From: Acutalibacteraceae bacterium
GTDB taxonomy: Bacteria; Bacillota; Clostridia; Christensenellales; CAG-138
Direction: 5' to 3'
Length of the DNA stretch: 64,000 nucleotides
Assembly: GCA_963640685.1 (NCBI GenBank)
Contig: CAVIAA010000001.1
Span: forward strand, 66,395-130,394
Position numbers and translations under genes: made by a program
Shown: in pieces, positions 63,484 through 64,000 of the stretch
How the letters are laid out: the number at the start of each line of letters is the position of its first letter
Numbering within the stretch: position 1 is the first letter of the stretch
Notes under the pieces: generated by a model
What the model was told of the DNA's origin: nothing
The model's database searches: none
Seen by the model: the letters and a program-made list of their open reading frames with translations, nothing else

Positions 63484-64000
63484 TCATACATATTTTTTCA
63501 TGTGTTTCAGGGCGTTTTTTTCAAGGCGGGAGACCTGAGCCTGACTTATGCCTATTTCCTCCGCGACCTCCATTTGGGTGCGCCCCTGAAAGAAACGCAG
63601 CTTTATTATGCTCTGCTCCCGCTTGGACAGCTTATCCATGCCGCGTTCTATCGCAACGTGGGTGAGCCAGTCCTCCTCAGAGGTTTTTTCGTCCCTGAGC
63701 TGATCCATGACATATATCGCGTCACCGTCGTCGTGGAATATCGGCTCATAGAGCGAAACGGGATCCTGTATCGCATCCAGCGCAAAGGCGATATCCTCCT
63801 CCTTTGCGCCCATGGCCTTGGCTATGTCGCTTATGTGCGGCTCCTGCCCTGTTTGATCCAGCAGCTGCGAGCGGGCTTGAAGGGCGTGGTAGGCGGTATC
63901 CCGTATCGAGCGGCTGACGCGGAGCGGGTTGTTGTCACGAAGGTGCCGACGCACCTCGCCTATTATCATCGGTACTGCGTAGGTTGAAAACCTCACTTCA
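63484..64000 (-). CDS. sigG: RNA polymerase sporulation sigma factor SigG (N-terminus beyond window edge)
   Basis: It matches Bacillus SigG blocks: RFSTYAVPMIIGE.RR.LRDNNP.RVSRS, DAIQDPVSL.EPI and RFFQG.TQMEVAEEIGISQAQVSRLEK. The frame is open to position 63999. Confidence 0.9.
   Translation of the reverse strand, partial: EVRFSTYAVPMIIGEVRRHLRDNNPLRVSRSIRDTAYHALQARSQLLDQTGQEPHISDIAKAMGAKEEDIAFALDAIQDPVSLYEPIFHDDGDAIYVMDQLRDEKTSEEDWLTHVAIERGMDKLSKREQSIIKLRFFQGRTQMEVAEEIGISQAQVSRLEKNALKHMKKYV

Noticed and set aside
1-64000. CRISPR arrays, rRNA/tRNA genes, IS elements, integrases and prophage genes.
   Set aside because: I saw no regularly spaced direct repeats, no tRNA-like cloverleaf candidates in intergenic regions, and no transposase, integrase or phage-type ORFs. 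The only repeats are the 2x21-bp tandem at 7579..7620 and short operator-type dyads.

Overview
This 64-kb chromosomal window looks like it comes from an endospore-forming Firmicute of class Clostridia. Coding DNA is moderately GC-rich, intergenic islands are AT-rich, and ATA is strongly preferred for Ile. I call about 58 protein genes, densely packed and mostly on the + strand.

Core blocks:
- tig-clpP-clpX-(FAD protein)-lonB-lon-engB at 18.0-27.9 kb.
- A dcw cluster, mraZ-rsmH-ftsL-PBP-murE-mraY-murD-ftsW-ftsQ-ftsA-ftsZ, at 29.4-42.4 kb, followed by asnA and spoIIGA-sigE.
- hpf-pth-mfd-PPIase-yabO-ispDF at 47.2-54.9 kb.
- A partial sigG at the right edge.

Accessory blocks:
- A TetR-controlled amidohydrolase with two unclassified membrane proteins.
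- A leaderless DUF11-like repeat protein next to ytvI.
- An orphan xdhC.
- A CUT2-type ABC transporter with an unusual lipoprotein.
- Two AKR-[4Fe-4S] paralogs.
- A GntR-iadA-yfcC module beside a LysR / D-aminoacylase / yhdT-like / SSS symporter module.

I found no rRNA, tRNA, CRISPR array, transposase, integrase or recognisable defence system.

The most unusual items are non-coding:
- A roughly 230-nt GC-rich structured-RNA candidate with its own promoter at about 46.09-46.35 kb, which I cannot assign to any class.
- A 517-bp AT-rich regulatory island at 7.5-8.0 kb carrying a tandem repeat, an orphan terminator, a long leader and overlapping perfect palindromes.
- A structured spacer inside the dcw cluster.

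All protein calls rest on my own recognition of motifs and families. No search or folding program was run, so I cannot claim a validated novel system, only candidates.
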